Positions 12,194 to 22,041 of a stretch of 64,000 nucleotides of DNA are shown here, piece by piece. This DNA is from Myxococcota bacterium (lineage in GTDB: Bacteria; Myxococcota; JACRCW01). Position 1 is the first letter of the stretch; the number at the start of each line of letters is the position of its first letter. The notes below the pieces were generated by a model. That model was given only the letters and a program-made list of their open reading frames with translations. It had not been told where the DNA came from and ran no database searches. Location: assembly GCA_040752415.1 (NCBI GenBank), contig JBFMGU010000015.1, positions 1 through 64,000 of the forward strand, in the 5' to 3' direction. Made by a program: the position numbers and the translations under genes.

Positions 12194-15100
12194 ATGCGTG
12201 CCATCCCCCTTGCGCTGTTGTTGCTCACCACCGCCACCGCCCAGGCCATGACCGTGGAGGAGATTGCCAATCCCCACGCGCACGCGCTGGACCGGCTGCA
12301 GAACCTGGGGCTTGTCCGTGGGCAGCGACACCGCGTGCACCCGCTGCAGGTCAACGCCGGCGCGGGCGAGAGCTGGACCCTGGAGACGGTGAACCTGCCG
12401 GGGGCGCGGGTGACGCCGTCGTCGGGGACGGGGAATCAGCTGGTGGAGCTGGCGCTGGATGGCAACGCGGCCGCGGACCTGCTGCAGGGCGCGGTGGTGC
12501 TGAAGCACGGCTCCGGCGCGGTGCAGCAGCAGCTGTCGGTGAACGCGACCATCTGGCCGCCGCAAGGCGCCAATCCCACGCGCGACGAGCTGCGCGTCCG
12601 CACCGGCTGGCCCCAGGACCCCGACTACGGCGAGCTGTGGGACCTCTGGGGCTTCCTCCCCGACGACGTGAGCCATCCCGGCGCCAACCTGCCGGAGATC
12701 GAGTCGTGGGAGCGCACGGCCTGTCCCGACGGACAAAGTGGCGCGAACTGCACCGCGGAAGGACAGGCGGGCCTGGCGGCGGGCATGAGCGCGGACCGCG
12801 CGTGGCGGCTGACGACGGGAGATCGTCGCGTGACGCTGGCGGTGCTGGACAGCGGGATGAACTGGTCGCACCGGGACCTGCTGGAGCAGGTGCGCGTGAA
12901 CGTCGACGAGCTGGTGGCGTGTCCGCCGCTGGGGGCCTCACCCGTCGACCTGGCGAGCTACGACGTCAACAAGGACGGCTGGGTCAACATCCGCGACTAC
13001 GACCACACCGAGGTGGCGGACTGGAACGGGAACGGTCGCAAGGACGTGCAGGACCTCATCCACGGCACCGTGGACGGGCGCGCGTGCAGCGACGGGATTG
13101 ACGACGACGGCAACGGCTATGTGGACGACATTGCCGGCTGGGACTTCTTCTGGGACGACAACGACGCGGGTGACGACGTCGACTTTGGCCACGGCGAATT
13201 CGAGGCGCGGTTGAGCGCGGGACAGGCGCACAACGGCACGGGCGGTCTGGGCGTGTGTCCCACGTGCAGCTTCATCCCGCTGCGGGTGGGCGACAGCTTC
13301 ATTGTCGACGTCAACCGCTACGCCGAGGCGGTGGTCTACGCGGTGGACAATGGGTGCTCCGCGGTGCAACAGGCGCTGGGTGGGCTCTCCAACACTCCGA
13401 CGATGAACAAGGCGGTGGACTACGCGTACAACAACGGTGTCCCGGTCGTCGCCGCCGCCAGCGACCTGCTCAGCTACCACCACAACTGGCCCGCCAACGC
13501 CGACCACGCGTTCATGGTGCACGCCATCGTCTACAACGGGCTCTCCAACCTGGGCGGCGCGGCAAGCTGGCGTGACGCCGAGACGTTCCTCAATTTCAAC
13601 AACTGCACCAACTACGGCGCCAAGCTCATGCTCTCCTCTCCCGGCGAGGGCTGCTCCAGCGAGGCCACCGCGAAGACCAGTGGGCAGGTGGGGCTCATCA
13701 AGAGCCACTGGCTGCGCCTGCGCGAGCGTTTCCCCGACGACCCCTACTACGCACGCGACCTCAGCGCCGAGGAGATCTACCAGGTGCTGACCCAGAGCGC
13801 TGACGACATCGACGTCCCCGGCGCGGAGACCGACGAGGGAGCGTTGGCCAAGGGCAAGTACGCGTCGAACGAGGGCTGGGATGAGCACTTTGGCTACGGG
13901 CGCAACAACGCGTACCGCGCGCTCAAGATGCTCGAGGACAAGCGCGTCCCGCCCGAGGTGGAGCTGACCGCGCCGGGTTGGTTCGAGATGGCGCGCGTGC
14001 GCGACGGCGCCACCGTGGAGGTGCGCGGGCGGGTGCAGAACCGTCGCTCGGATGCGCAGGCGTGCTTCACGGTGCGCTGGGCGCCGGGGGTGGCTCCTTC
14101 CGAAGGAGAATTGGGCCAGCACGTGCTCAGCCAGGGGTGCGTGAACGCGGGACCGCAGCCGGTGAAGTCGTTCTCGGACGCGCTCACCGCCTCGGACCTG
14201 TTCGCCGCGCTGCCGCAGGGTGACGTTCGGACGCGCGACGACCGCACCATCACCGTCGAGCTGCGCGTCACCGCCAACGCGCCGGGTGGTGAGGTCACTG
14301 GTGTGGCGCGTCGCAGCTTCTTTGTGGAGCAGGATGACAGTCTGCTGCCGTCCTTCCCTCGCTACCTGGCGGCGAGCGGGGAGAGCAGCCCGCGTTTTGT
14401 CGACGTGGATGACGACGGGAAGGACGAGCTGCTGGTGGCCACCTCCGACGGGAAGGTGCACCTGATGAACGCCAAGGGGAGCGAGCTTCCCGGTTTCCCG
14501 GTGACGCTCATGCGTACGCAGGCCACGTGCGGCGGTACCGTGGTCCGTCACGGTGCAGCGCCGGGCGTGCAGGCGGGCGGGATTCCGACGGAAGCGGGCT
14601 CCGCCATTGTGTCCTCGCCCGCGGTGGCCAAACTGGACGGACCCGACGCGCCGCCCAGCATCATCGTGGCCACCACGTTTGGCGCGCTGTTCGTCGTCGA
14701 CGCGGCGGGTGAGCTGCGGACCGGATTCCCGGTGTGCCTGGATGAAGCCGCCATGGCGGAGGTGAAGTCCAACCACAAGTTCCCCGACCGGAAGCGGCGC
14801 GCGGAGATGGGATTCCTCTCCTCACCCACGGCCTTCGACCTCGAGGATGACGGCGTGGTGGACATTGCGATTGGCGGCGGCGACGGGCAGCTCCACGTGT
14901 GGCTCCCCGACGGAAAGGTGAAGCCGGGGTTCCCGGTGATGCTGAGCCACCCGGCCTTCGTCGACACCGACAAGTACGGGGACCGCGTGGTCTCCTCGCC
15001 TACGGTGGCGGACATCGACGGGGACGGGGTGTTCGAGCTGGTGATTGGCAGCAACGAGCGCTTCGAGAACGTGGCCCAGAGCGCCATCTACGCGGTGCAC

Positions 15101-16042
15101 CACGACGGGAACAATCACGCCGGCGGCGCCTACCTGGACACGCGCGACGAACGCGGTGACCTGGTGTGGCCGCAGTCCGTCAACATGTTCACGCCGGAGG
15201 AGCTGCTGCCGACGATTGGTCGCGGGCATCCCACCAGCGTGGCCGCCGCGGACATGGATGGCGACGGAAAAGACGAGATCTTCACGGCAGGGCTGGGCGG
15301 CTGGGTGCGCATCTACAACGAGAAAGGTCTCCACCCCGCCATCCCCGACGGCATGCTGTTCTCTGCGGGAGACTTTGGTCCGCAGAGCAACTCGCAGGAG
15401 TCCGCGGTGCTCACCATGATCAACAGCCCTTCCGTGGCGGACATCAACAACGACGGCAAGATCGATGTCATTGACGGCATGGTGGGCGTGGGCATTGCCG
15501 GGCTGGTGAGCCAGGGCGGTGAGCGCATCCAGTTTGATCACGTGGTGGGCGCGTGGGATGCCGCCACCGGGACGTTCCATGATGGATTCCCGGCTGTCGT
15601 CGAGGATTTCCAGATCCTGATGAACTACCCGGTGGCCGACGTGGACGGGGACGGGCAGCCTGAAGTGGTCGTCGCCACGGCCGGGTACTTCATCCACGCC
15701 ATCCGCGCCGACGGGACCAAACCCGAAGGCTGGCCCAAGCTCACCGGCGGGTTCACGCTGGCCACACCCACGCTCGGCGACATTGACGGCGACGGCACGC
15801 TGGAGATGGCGGCCATCACGCGCAATGGATACCTGTTCGTGTGGGCATTGGGCGGGCCCAAGGACAGCGTGCAGTGGGGTGGCTTCAAGCATGACCGCTG
15901 GAACACCGGCAACCTCCGCTTCAAGCCCGACACCGCCGAGGCGGCGCCGTTGGATTGCGGGTGTCGCTCCGTCGACGGCACGCCGCCGTTGATGGCGCTG
16001 GCGTTCATGGCGCTGCTGCTGCGTGTTCGTCGTCGTCGCTAG
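12194..16042 (+). CDS. Secreted S8 subtilase-like protein with FG-GAP repeats and MYXO-CTERM-like tail
   Basis: Signal peptide; AVLDSG, DDDGNGYVDDIAGWDF, HG; many D.DGDG..E repeats; DCGCRS...LMALAFMALLLRVRRRR. Confidence 0.85.
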   Translation: MRAIPLALLLLTTATAQAMTVEEIANPHAHALDRLQNLGLVRGQRHRVHPLQVNAGAGESWTLETVNLPGARVTPSSGTGNQLVELALDGNAAADLLQGAVVLKHGSGAVQQQLSVNATIWPPQGANPTRDELRVRTGWPQDPDYGELWDLWGFLPDDVSHPGANLPEIESWERTACPDGQSGANCTAEGQAGLAAGMSADRAWRLTTGDRRVTLAVLDSGMNWSHRDLLEQVRVNVDELVACPPLGASPVDLASYDVNKDGWVNIRDYDHTEVADWNGNGRKDVQDLIHGTVDGRACSDGIDDDGNGYVDDIAGWDFFWDDNDAGDDVDFGHGEFEARLSAGQAHNGTGGLGVCPTCSFIPLRVGDSFIVDVNRYAEAVVYAVDNGCSAVQQALGGLSNTPTMNKAVDYAYNNGVPVVAAASDLLSYHHNWPANADHAFMVHAIVYNGLSNLGGAASWRDAETFLNFNNCTNYGAKLMLSSPGEGCSSEATAKTSGQVGLIKSHWLRLRERFPDDPYYARDLSAEEIYQVLTQSADDIDVPGAETDEGALAKGKYASNEGWDEHFGYGRNNAYRALKMLEDKRVPPEVELTAPGWFEMARVRDGATVEVRGRVQNRRSDAQACFTVRWAPGVAPSEGELGQHVLSQGCVNAGPQPVKSFSDALTASDLFAALPQGDVRTRDDRTITVELRVTANAPGGEVTGVARRSFFVEQDDSLLPSFPRYLAASGESSPRFVDVDDDGKDELLVATSDGKVHLMNAKGSELPGFPVTLMRTQATCGGTVVRHGAAPGVQAGGIPTEAGSAIVSSPAVAKLDGPDAPPSIIVATTFGALFVVDAAGELRTGFPVCLDEAAMAEVKSNHKFPDRKRRAEMGFLSSPTAFDLEDDGVVDIAIGGGDGQLHVWLPDGKVKPGFPVMLSHPAFVDTDKYGDRVVSSPTVADIDGDGVFELVIGSNERFENVAQSAIYAVHHDGNNHAGGAYLDTRDERGDLVWPQSVNMFTPEELLPTIGRGHPTSVAAADMDGDGKDEIFTAGLGGWVRIYNEKGLHPAIPDGMLFSAGDFGPQSNSQESAVLTMINSPSVADINNDGKIDVIDGMVGVGIAGLVSQGGERIQFDHVVGAWDAATGTFHDGFPAVVEDFQILMNYPVADVDGDGQPEVVVATAGYFIHAIRADGTKPEGWPKLTGGFTLATPTLGDIDGDGTLEMAAITRNGYLFVWALGGPKDSVQWGGFKHDRWNTGNLRFKPDTAEAAPLDCGCRSVDGTPPLMALAFMALLLRVRRRR

Positions 16043-16051
16043 GAACCAACC

Positions 16052-17239
16052 ATGTCACAGAATTCCCGCGTGGCCCGCGCCGCGCACCATGCTCCCATCC
16101 GCGGCGAGCCCACCGCTCCGCCCATCCCGCAGACCAAGGCGTGGGCATTCCGTACCGTGCAGGAAGCGGAGGAACAGTTCAGCCACGGCGCCACCGAGCT
16201 CTACGCGCGCCTGGGAACGCCGCTGCACGCCGCCGTCGAGCAGAGCGTGGCGGAGCTGGAGGGCGCGGAAGCGGGCGTGTTGTGCAGCACCGGCATGGCG
16301 GCCATCAGCTGCGCGCTCGATTCGTTGTGTCCGCCGGGCAGCACACTGGTCGCCGGCAACGACCTGTACGGCACCACCGACCACTACCTGGGAACCATCA
16401 TCCGCGAGCGCGGCGTGCGCGTGCTCCGCGTGGACCTCAATGACGACGTGGCGTTCGAGAATGCACTGCGCGAACAGCCCGCGCTGGTGCTCACCGAGAC
16501 GCTGACCAATCCCACGCTCACCGTGGTTCCGCTGGACAGGGTGGCGGAGCGCGCGCATCGCGCCGGGGCCAAGGTCCTCGTCGACGCCACGTTCACGCCG
16601 CCCACCATGCTGCAGAGCGCGAAGCTGGGCGCGGACTACGTGATGCACAGCGCATCCAAGATGCTGGCGGGCCATGGCGACGTGCTCGCTGGGGTCGTGG
16701 TGGGGCCGAAGGATGGGATTGCGCGGATGCGGTCGCGTCGGACGGTGATGGGATGTCACCTGGGCGCCATGGAGGCGTGGCTGCTGGCGCGGGGCATGCG
16801 CACGTTGCACCTGCGCGCGCAGCGGGCCTCCGAGAACGCGCTGTTCGTGGCGCACCGGTTGGAGTCACGTCGACAGCGGGGGAAGCTGGCGCAGGTTGCG
16901 CGGGTCATCCATCCGTCGCTGCCGGGGCATCCGCGCGCGGAATGGCTCTCCCGCACCACCCACGGCGACATGGGCAACCTGCTGTGCGTGGACCTGGCGG
17001 GTGGCGGCACCGCGGCGGAGCGTTTCGTGGCCGCGCTCAAGGAGATCCGCTTCGTGACGTCGCTGGGAGAGCTGTGCACGACGGTGAACGTGCCCGCGCG
17101 CACCAGTCACAAGGTGGTTCCCGCAGACGAGCGCGCACGGCGCGGCATCACCGACGGGCTCATCCGCATCAGTGTGGGCGTCGAAGATGCCGCGGACCTT
17201 GCCGACGAGCTGGAGGGTGCGATCCGCGCGTGCGCGTGA
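16052..17239 (+). CDS. PLP-dependent Cys/Met metabolism enzyme (cystathionine gamma-synthase / methionine gamma-lyase family)
   Basis: YARLGTP, STGMAAI, ETLTNP, VDATF, HSASKMLAGHGD (PLP Lys), IRISVGVED. Confidence 0.9.
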   Translation: MSQNSRVARAAHHAPIRGEPTAPPIPQTKAWAFRTVQEAEEQFSHGATELYARLGTPLHAAVEQSVAELEGAEAGVLCSTGMAAISCALDSLCPPGSTLVAGNDLYGTTDHYLGTIIRERGVRVLRVDLNDDVAFENALREQPALVLTETLTNPTLTVVPLDRVAERAHRAGAKVLVDATFTPPTMLQSAKLGADYVMHSASKMLAGHGDVLAGVVVGPKDGIARMRSRRTVMGCHLGAMEAWLLARGMRTLHLRAQRASENALFVAHRLESRRQRGKLAQVARVIHPSLPGHPRAEWLSRTTHGDMGNLLCVDLAGGGTAAERFVAALKEIRFVTSLGELCTTVNVPARTSHKVVPADERARRGITDGLIRISVGVEDAADLADELEGAIRACA

Positions 17240-17259
17240 CGTCCCGCCCGGCAGATGCG

Positions 17260-19095
17260 TCATTGGGCATGTTCGTCCGGTTCCATGTGGGCCGCCAGCA
17301 GCAGTCCATCAATCTGCTCGACCAGGGCTGCCACGTGCGAAATGTTCTCCCGTAGGCTCTGCAGCGCCGCGACGAAGGCCTGATCCGCCTGTGCCACACC
17401 GACGGCAAGGGCATCCGCCATCCCCTCCAAGGCCCGGCTGATGCGTTGTTTGACGTCGTCAGAGTGTGCGCCGTCCGGGTGCAGGCGGAGGTATTCCGCC
17501 CACCCGAGGCTCAGCCTGTTCACCTCGCAATCCAGGCTCCCGTCGCACGGTCCGCGCGTCACGGCGAGCGCGGCATGGAACGCGATGTCATCCGCGCTGG
17601 GCATGCGTCGCCAATCCTCGTGAAGGCGCCACAGGACACCCGGCTCCACCGCGCACGCGCGTCGGGACATCACGTCGCCGTAGGCTCGTCTGAGCGTCTT
17701 CTCGTCGGCGCCGCGGTCGCACGCCAGCTGGAGCGCGAGCAGGCGCATCAGTTCCAGCCTGGCAACGTCGTCGGGCTCGCCGTCTTCGAAGAGGGCGTCG
17801 GACAGGAAATTGACGAGGTCGGCCGCGTCGACGGCGGAGATGTTGGCATCGGCGAGGCGTCGGGCCCCGAGGGTGAGCGCGAGGGGATGCATGCGGTCCT
17901 GGGTGACCCCCGACGTCGTCAGGTCCAGGGAAACCCACCCATCCACGCGCTGCAGGTTTCTTCGGACCCACACGTATTCCGTGTGACACCAGTCGCTCCG
18001 TTCCTGCGGCAGTCTGCAGACCACGCGGGTGCCCAAGGGCAGCTTCATCAGTTCTCCCGCCGAGGTGGACGGGGCAGCGCGGACCCTCCCGCCACTGACG
18101 ACGGTGAGGCGGTGTTCGCGCGGGTCTCCCACCGGAACCGGCGGCGGTTGGGGCTGCAGCCCAAGGGATTCCAACAGCTCCGGCCGAAACCGACGGAGGT
18201 TGACCACGAGCTGCGAGCGCGGCGACCCTTCTGCGGCGGGTGCCCTCTCCGACGAGAGCGAGTCCAACATGCGGCGGTAGAGGTCGAGACACTGCACCTC
18301 CTCCATGCGACCAGCCGCCGGGGCAAAGCTCTGCCAGCCGTTGCACGCCTTCGTCCACACGGCGACGCCCAGCTCGTGGGCCACCCAGAGTCGTTCCCCA
18401 TCCCACGCGAGATCATGGATGACGAAGCCACACGGTGCATCCACGTGCTCGATCTCGTCGGTGTCCCAGCGATAGCGGAGCAGACCTTGCCGCGGCGTGG
18501 GGCCCATGCACTCGTAGTTCGCGTAGGTGCCCATCCACAGCCATTCCCCGTCGTGGGCAACGGGAGCCACGCTGGCATTGCGCACCACCTCGGGGAACCT
18601 CAGCTCGGGCACACGAGCGCCCCGCCGGTAGCGGCCGATTGCGCCGAGTCCGTCCGCCCCCTCGCCCTCGTAGAAACCAACGCCGAAGAAGATGGAGGCA
18701 CCGACACGCGCGCAGCTCGCGGGACGGACGTCGAGGTCCTGGCCGTAGCGGAGGTGCGGACGCAAGCGCCTGGCCAGCGCGGCATCCAGCTCCAGTTCGG
18801 GCACCATTTCGTCACAGCGAGGAGCGGACCTGCGTGAGTCGCACACGTTGGCCCTTCCGTCGCTCGGCGCGCTCCATCCTTGCTCCCCGTTCCAGCGCCA
18901 GGCCGTCACGGGGTTGTCCAGCGGAAAACAGCCCTCGTTGGATGCGAACGAAAACACCCGCACACCGGAGCGTTCTACGCGGACGACGTGCACGGCGGGA
19001 TAGCCGGTCTCGTCGAGACACAACACCGCGGCCAAAGCGTTCGTGGTGAGCGCGGTTGCGAGGATGCCGCCGAGAAACGGCGGTAGCGCGCGCAT
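17260..19095 (-). CDS. Secreted hypothetical protein with probable bacterial SH3 domain and helical C-terminus
   Basis: Signal peptide; RVRAAPSTSA...LPLGT.V......DW.......DGWVS SH3b-like pattern. Confidence 0.6.
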   Translation of the reverse strand: MRALPPFLGGILATALTTNALAAVLCLDETGYPAVHVVRVERSGVRVFSFASNEGCFPLDNPVTAWRWNGEQGWSAPSDGRANVCDSRRSAPRCDEMVPELELDAALARRLRPHLRYGQDLDVRPASCARVGASIFFGVGFYEGEGADGLGAIGRYRRGARVPELRFPEVVRNASVAPVAHDGEWLWMGTYANYECMGPTPRQGLLRYRWDTDEIEHVDAPCGFVIHDLAWDGERLWVAHELGVAVWTKACNGWQSFAPAAGRMEEVQCLDLYRRMLDSLSSERAPAAEGSPRSQLVVNLRRFRPELLESLGLQPQPPPVPVGDPREHRLTVVSGGRVRAAPSTSAGELMKLPLGTRVVCRLPQERSDWCHTEYVWVRRNLQRVDGWVSLDLTTSGVTQDRMHPLALTLGARRLADANISAVDAADLVNFLSDALFEDGEPDDVARLELMRLLALQLACDRGADEKTLRRAYGDVMSRRACAVEPGVLWRLHEDWRRMPSADDIAFHAALAVTRGPCDGSLDCEVNRLSLGWAEYLRLHPDGAHSDDVKQRISRALEGMADALAVGVAQADQAFVAALQSLRENISHVAALVEQIDGLLLAAHMEPDEHAQ

Positions 19096-19101
19096 GGTGC
19101 G

Positions 19102-20838
19102 TCACTCCATCGCGTCCAGCGTTGCCGACAAGGGCGTGCGCGTGGGGACGGGGCGCGTTCCCTGACTGCAGTCCACCGGGTCGGAGTCCACCTGCACCGA
19201 CGCAATCTCGCCGGGGAAGCCCCAGTTGGATGGGGTGCCGCCGGGGGGACCGCCCACCGCAAAGTCCCGCGCCGCAGCCACCTGTCGCAGCTGCGTGGTG
19301 GCGCTGTCATTGGCCTCTCTGACGCCGTCAATGTAGAGGCAGATGGAGACGCCCGGGTTCCACGACGCCTCGAGGTATGCCCACTCGTTCAGGTTGGTGA
19401 TGGGGCCGTTGACGCGGTTGAAGTTGTTGGGAATGTCGTTGTCGCCCTGGTCCCAGCGCTGGTCACGCACTTCCCACGACGTGCGGCTGAATCCAGGCTC
19501 CATGTACAGCTGCCAGCCGTTCTTGTCGGACTCCAGCACGTTCTCCGCGCGCGCCACGACGAGCACGCTCCCTCCTCCCGTCCTGCGCACCCACGCACGA
19601 ACGTGCACTGGAACGCTCTGGCCGCCACCAATGGCTTGCGGGGGCTGGTCGGTGAGGAAGTTGCCCTCCATGCGCCGGTTGTTCTGCGACACGTAGGCTC
19701 CGGGGCCCGCGCCGGTCGTGAAGAGGGGCATGGTGTTGTTGCCCTGCAGGGTCAGCGTGGTGCCACCGGGGACGCCCGACACCGCCACCGCGCCGTAACG
19801 CGACTGCGCGCCCGCCATGGACCAATAGGCGCGTGGCGACGTGGTGGGCACTCCCGTGGGGAATGCCTCGACGGGATCATCCAGCACCGTGGGCGGCGCG
19901 GCGCTTCCCACGAGGACGAACCACGACGACGAGGCGAGGTCCAGGACGTCGATCATGAACGCGATGGAGAGGTCCTCCTGGCCGCCGCTGTACCCATGCG
20001 CCACCAGGCGACGATGGACCTGCGTCCATACGCCACGCTCACAACGGGCCAGCTGGACGTCGGAGTTGTCGCTCTGCAGGGAACGGGTGAGCACGTCCGA
20101 CGTCAACGGCGCCACCACGGGCACACGCGCGTCCGTGAAGGTCCCGCTCCCGAAGGTGACGCGGAACCGCGTGCTGAACTGCGAGGGGTAGGGCTCCAGG
20201 TACCAGCAGTCGCACGGGTCCGCGGCCAGACAGAGGGGGCCCGCATCCACCTCAACGCGCGCGTCGGGAGGACCTGCGTCCGGGATGCCGCCCGAGGAGG
20301 ACGTGCTGCTGGACGCGCTGCTGCCCGTTGCCGACGAGGCCGCGGCGCTGGACGAGGATGACGACGTGGATCCGCCGCTGGACGTCGAGCCCGAAGACGA
20401 CGCCGCGCTGGCGACGGACGAGCCGCTGCTGGAGGAGGACGCGCTGGATGCGGACGCGCTGTTCCCGGACGAGGACGACGATGTCGACACCGAGCTCACC
20501 GCAGCGCTGGCAGACGACGAGTTGGTGTTGCCCACCGACGAGCTCTCCCCGCCCGACGATGAGGACGCCGTGGTCTCGACGACGAAGCCCGCATCCTGCG
20601 GCGCGCTGGCGGCCACGCACCACGTGCCGTTGCAGCGCTCACCGGGACTGCACTCCGCGTCGTCGGTGCAGGTGCGGCGACAGATGCCCTCGTCGGTGGC
20701 GCACACGTTCTGCGCGGCACAGTCGGCGTCCGTCTCACAGCGGTAGGTGGCGGCAAGACAGGACGGCAGCGCCCACGCCACCACGACGCACGCCACGCCC
20801 TGCCACGGTGATGGCACCCCGCCTGTCCCCGCCCGCAT
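19102..20838 (-). CDS. Secreted or lipoprotein with Cys-rich N-terminus, long Ser-rich linker and LamG/ConA-like C-terminal domain
   Basis: CETDADC...CTDDAEC repeats, poly-Ser linker, PDAG motifs, then VRAWV...NEWAYLEASW...LYIDG...FPGEIASV. Confidence 0.7.
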   Translation of the reverse strand: MRAGTGGVPSPWQGVACVVVAWALPSCLAATYRCETDADCAAQNVCATDEGICRRTCTDDAECSPGERCNGTWCVAASAPQDAGFVVETTASSSSGGESSSVGNTNSSSASAAVSSVSTSSSSSGNSASASSASSSSSGSSVASAASSSGSTSSGGSTSSSSSSAAASSATGSSASSSTSSSGGIPDAGPPDARVEVDAGPLCLAADPCDCWYLEPYPSQFSTRFRVTFGSGTFTDARVPVVAPLTSDVLTRSLQSDNSDVQLARCERGVWTQVHRRLVAHGYSGGQEDLSIAFMIDVLDLASSSWFVLVGSAAPPTVLDDPVEAFPTGVPTTSPRAYWSMAGAQSRYGAVAVSGVPGGTTLTLQGNNTMPLFTTGAGPGAYVSQNNRRMEGNFLTDQPPQAIGGGQSVPVHVRAWVRRTGGGSVLVVARAENVLESDKNGWQLYMEPGFSRTSWEVRDQRWDQGDNDIPNNFNRVNGPITNLNEWAYLEASWNPGVSICLYIDGVREANDSATTQLRQVAAARDFAVGGPPGGTPSNWGFPGEIASVQVDSDPVDCSQGTRPVPTRTPLSATLDAME

Positions 20839-20877
20839 GTCGCCAGCATACGGGGCGCCACGACGGGGCAACAGCGC

Positions 20878-21504
20878 TCACGCAGTGGGCGCAGGTGGGG
20901 GAAGCGACTCCACGAAACGGACTTCCTGGAAACCCAGGCTGATGAGCAGCGCGGTCAACGCGCGTTGCGCCGACTGTTGCGCCCGACGACGCAGCGCCAC
21001 GTCATTGGCCACGTCATTCTCGATGGCCTGGCGCGCCTGCTCCAGCATCTGCGCGGTGTGGGCGCTGTCCAGGTTGGAGTGGATGATCTCCGTCTCACCG
21101 GGGCGCAGCTCCACCCGCGTGCGGATGGGCGGGAGCACCAGGTCAATGCGTCGGCCCTGCACGCGCATGGTGGACGGGTCCAGACGGCTCAGGTCCAGGC
21201 CGAGCTGCGCGTTGGCAAAGACGATGGCGCGCCCACGCTCAGGCGCCACGGTGGCGCTGGCCCAGTTGGCGATGTTGCGCAGCGTGGAGGTGGATGGCGG
21301 CGGCGTCTCCGGCTCGAAGCTGACCTTGCGGTACAGGCTCACCTCCAGCGTCTCCAGGCGCGCCACCTCGCGCATGCGCTCCACCAGCGCCGGCGGGTCC
21401 GGGGCCAGCCAGGATGGCGACGGAGGCGCGCGCAGAGCCACCCACGTCCCGGCCGCACAGGACACGCCCAGCACGAACCCCACCACCGCTCCCTTGACCC
21501 CCAT
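20878..21504 (-). CDS. DUF4230-like protein
   Basis: N-terminal TM helix; V.RLETLE, A.LGLDLS, LVLPP, RAQQSA...L..LGF.EV.F pattern. Confidence 0.75.
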   Translation of the reverse strand: MGVKGAVVGFVLGVSCAAGTWVALRAPPSPSWLAPDPPALVERMREVARLETLEVSLYRKVSFEPETPPPSTSTLRNIANWASATVAPERGRAIVFANAQLGLDLSRLDPSTMRVQGRRIDLVLPPIRTRVELRPGETEIIHSNLDSAHTAQMLEQARQAIENDVANDVALRRRAQQSAQRALTALLISLGFQEVRFVESLPPPAPTA

Positions 21505-21753
21505 GATCCGGCCTCCTCTCACGTGGTCCTACCTGTGAGCAGGAAGCGTGCCCGGGGCCTGCGCAAAGGGCTTCCGAGGGTTGTCCGGTGGGATGTCCTG
21601 GGGCGCGTGTCATCGTGGACGCACGGTGTGGACGCCGGGCTTCACCGGGATGCACCCACGGCGGATTGCACGGGGCACACATCTGCCGCTACGACCAGGG
21701 TCCGGTCCCGCGGCGAGAACCTCCGTCGGGACGCATTGCGACAGGAGCTTGTC

Positions 21754-22029
21754 ATGGCCGTGAACGTCAGGATTCCCACCCCGCTGCGCAAGTACACCGC
21801 CGACAAGGAGACGGTGTCGGTCAGCGCCAGCAACGTGGGGGAGCTGCTCCAGAACCTGGAGAAGGCGGCCCCCGGCATCAAGGAGCGGCTGGTGGATGAG
21901 TCCGGCAACGTGCGCCGCTTCGTCAACATCTACGTGCGCGACGAGGACATCCGTTTCCTGGACGGCGTCAAGACCGCGCTGAAGGATGGCGACGAGGTCA
22001 GCATCGTCCCCGCCATTGCCGGCGGCTGA
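21754..22029 (+). CDS. MoaD/ThiS-family ubiquitin-like sulfur carrier (CysO-like)
   Basis: MAVNVRIPTPLRKYT...RRFVNIYVRDEDIRFLDG...IVPAIAGG with C-terminal GG; RBS AGGAG. Confidence 0.92.
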   Translation: MAVNVRIPTPLRKYTADKETVSVSASNVGELLQNLEKAAPGIKERLVDESGNVRRFVNIYVRDEDIRFLDGVKTALKDGDEVSIVPAIAGG

Positions 22030-22041
22030 GCTCCCCGCAGC

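Noticed and set aside
20285..20746. Very acidic (Asp/Glu-rich) plus-strand ORF
   Set aside because: Antisense reading of the poly-Ser linker of the LamG protein.
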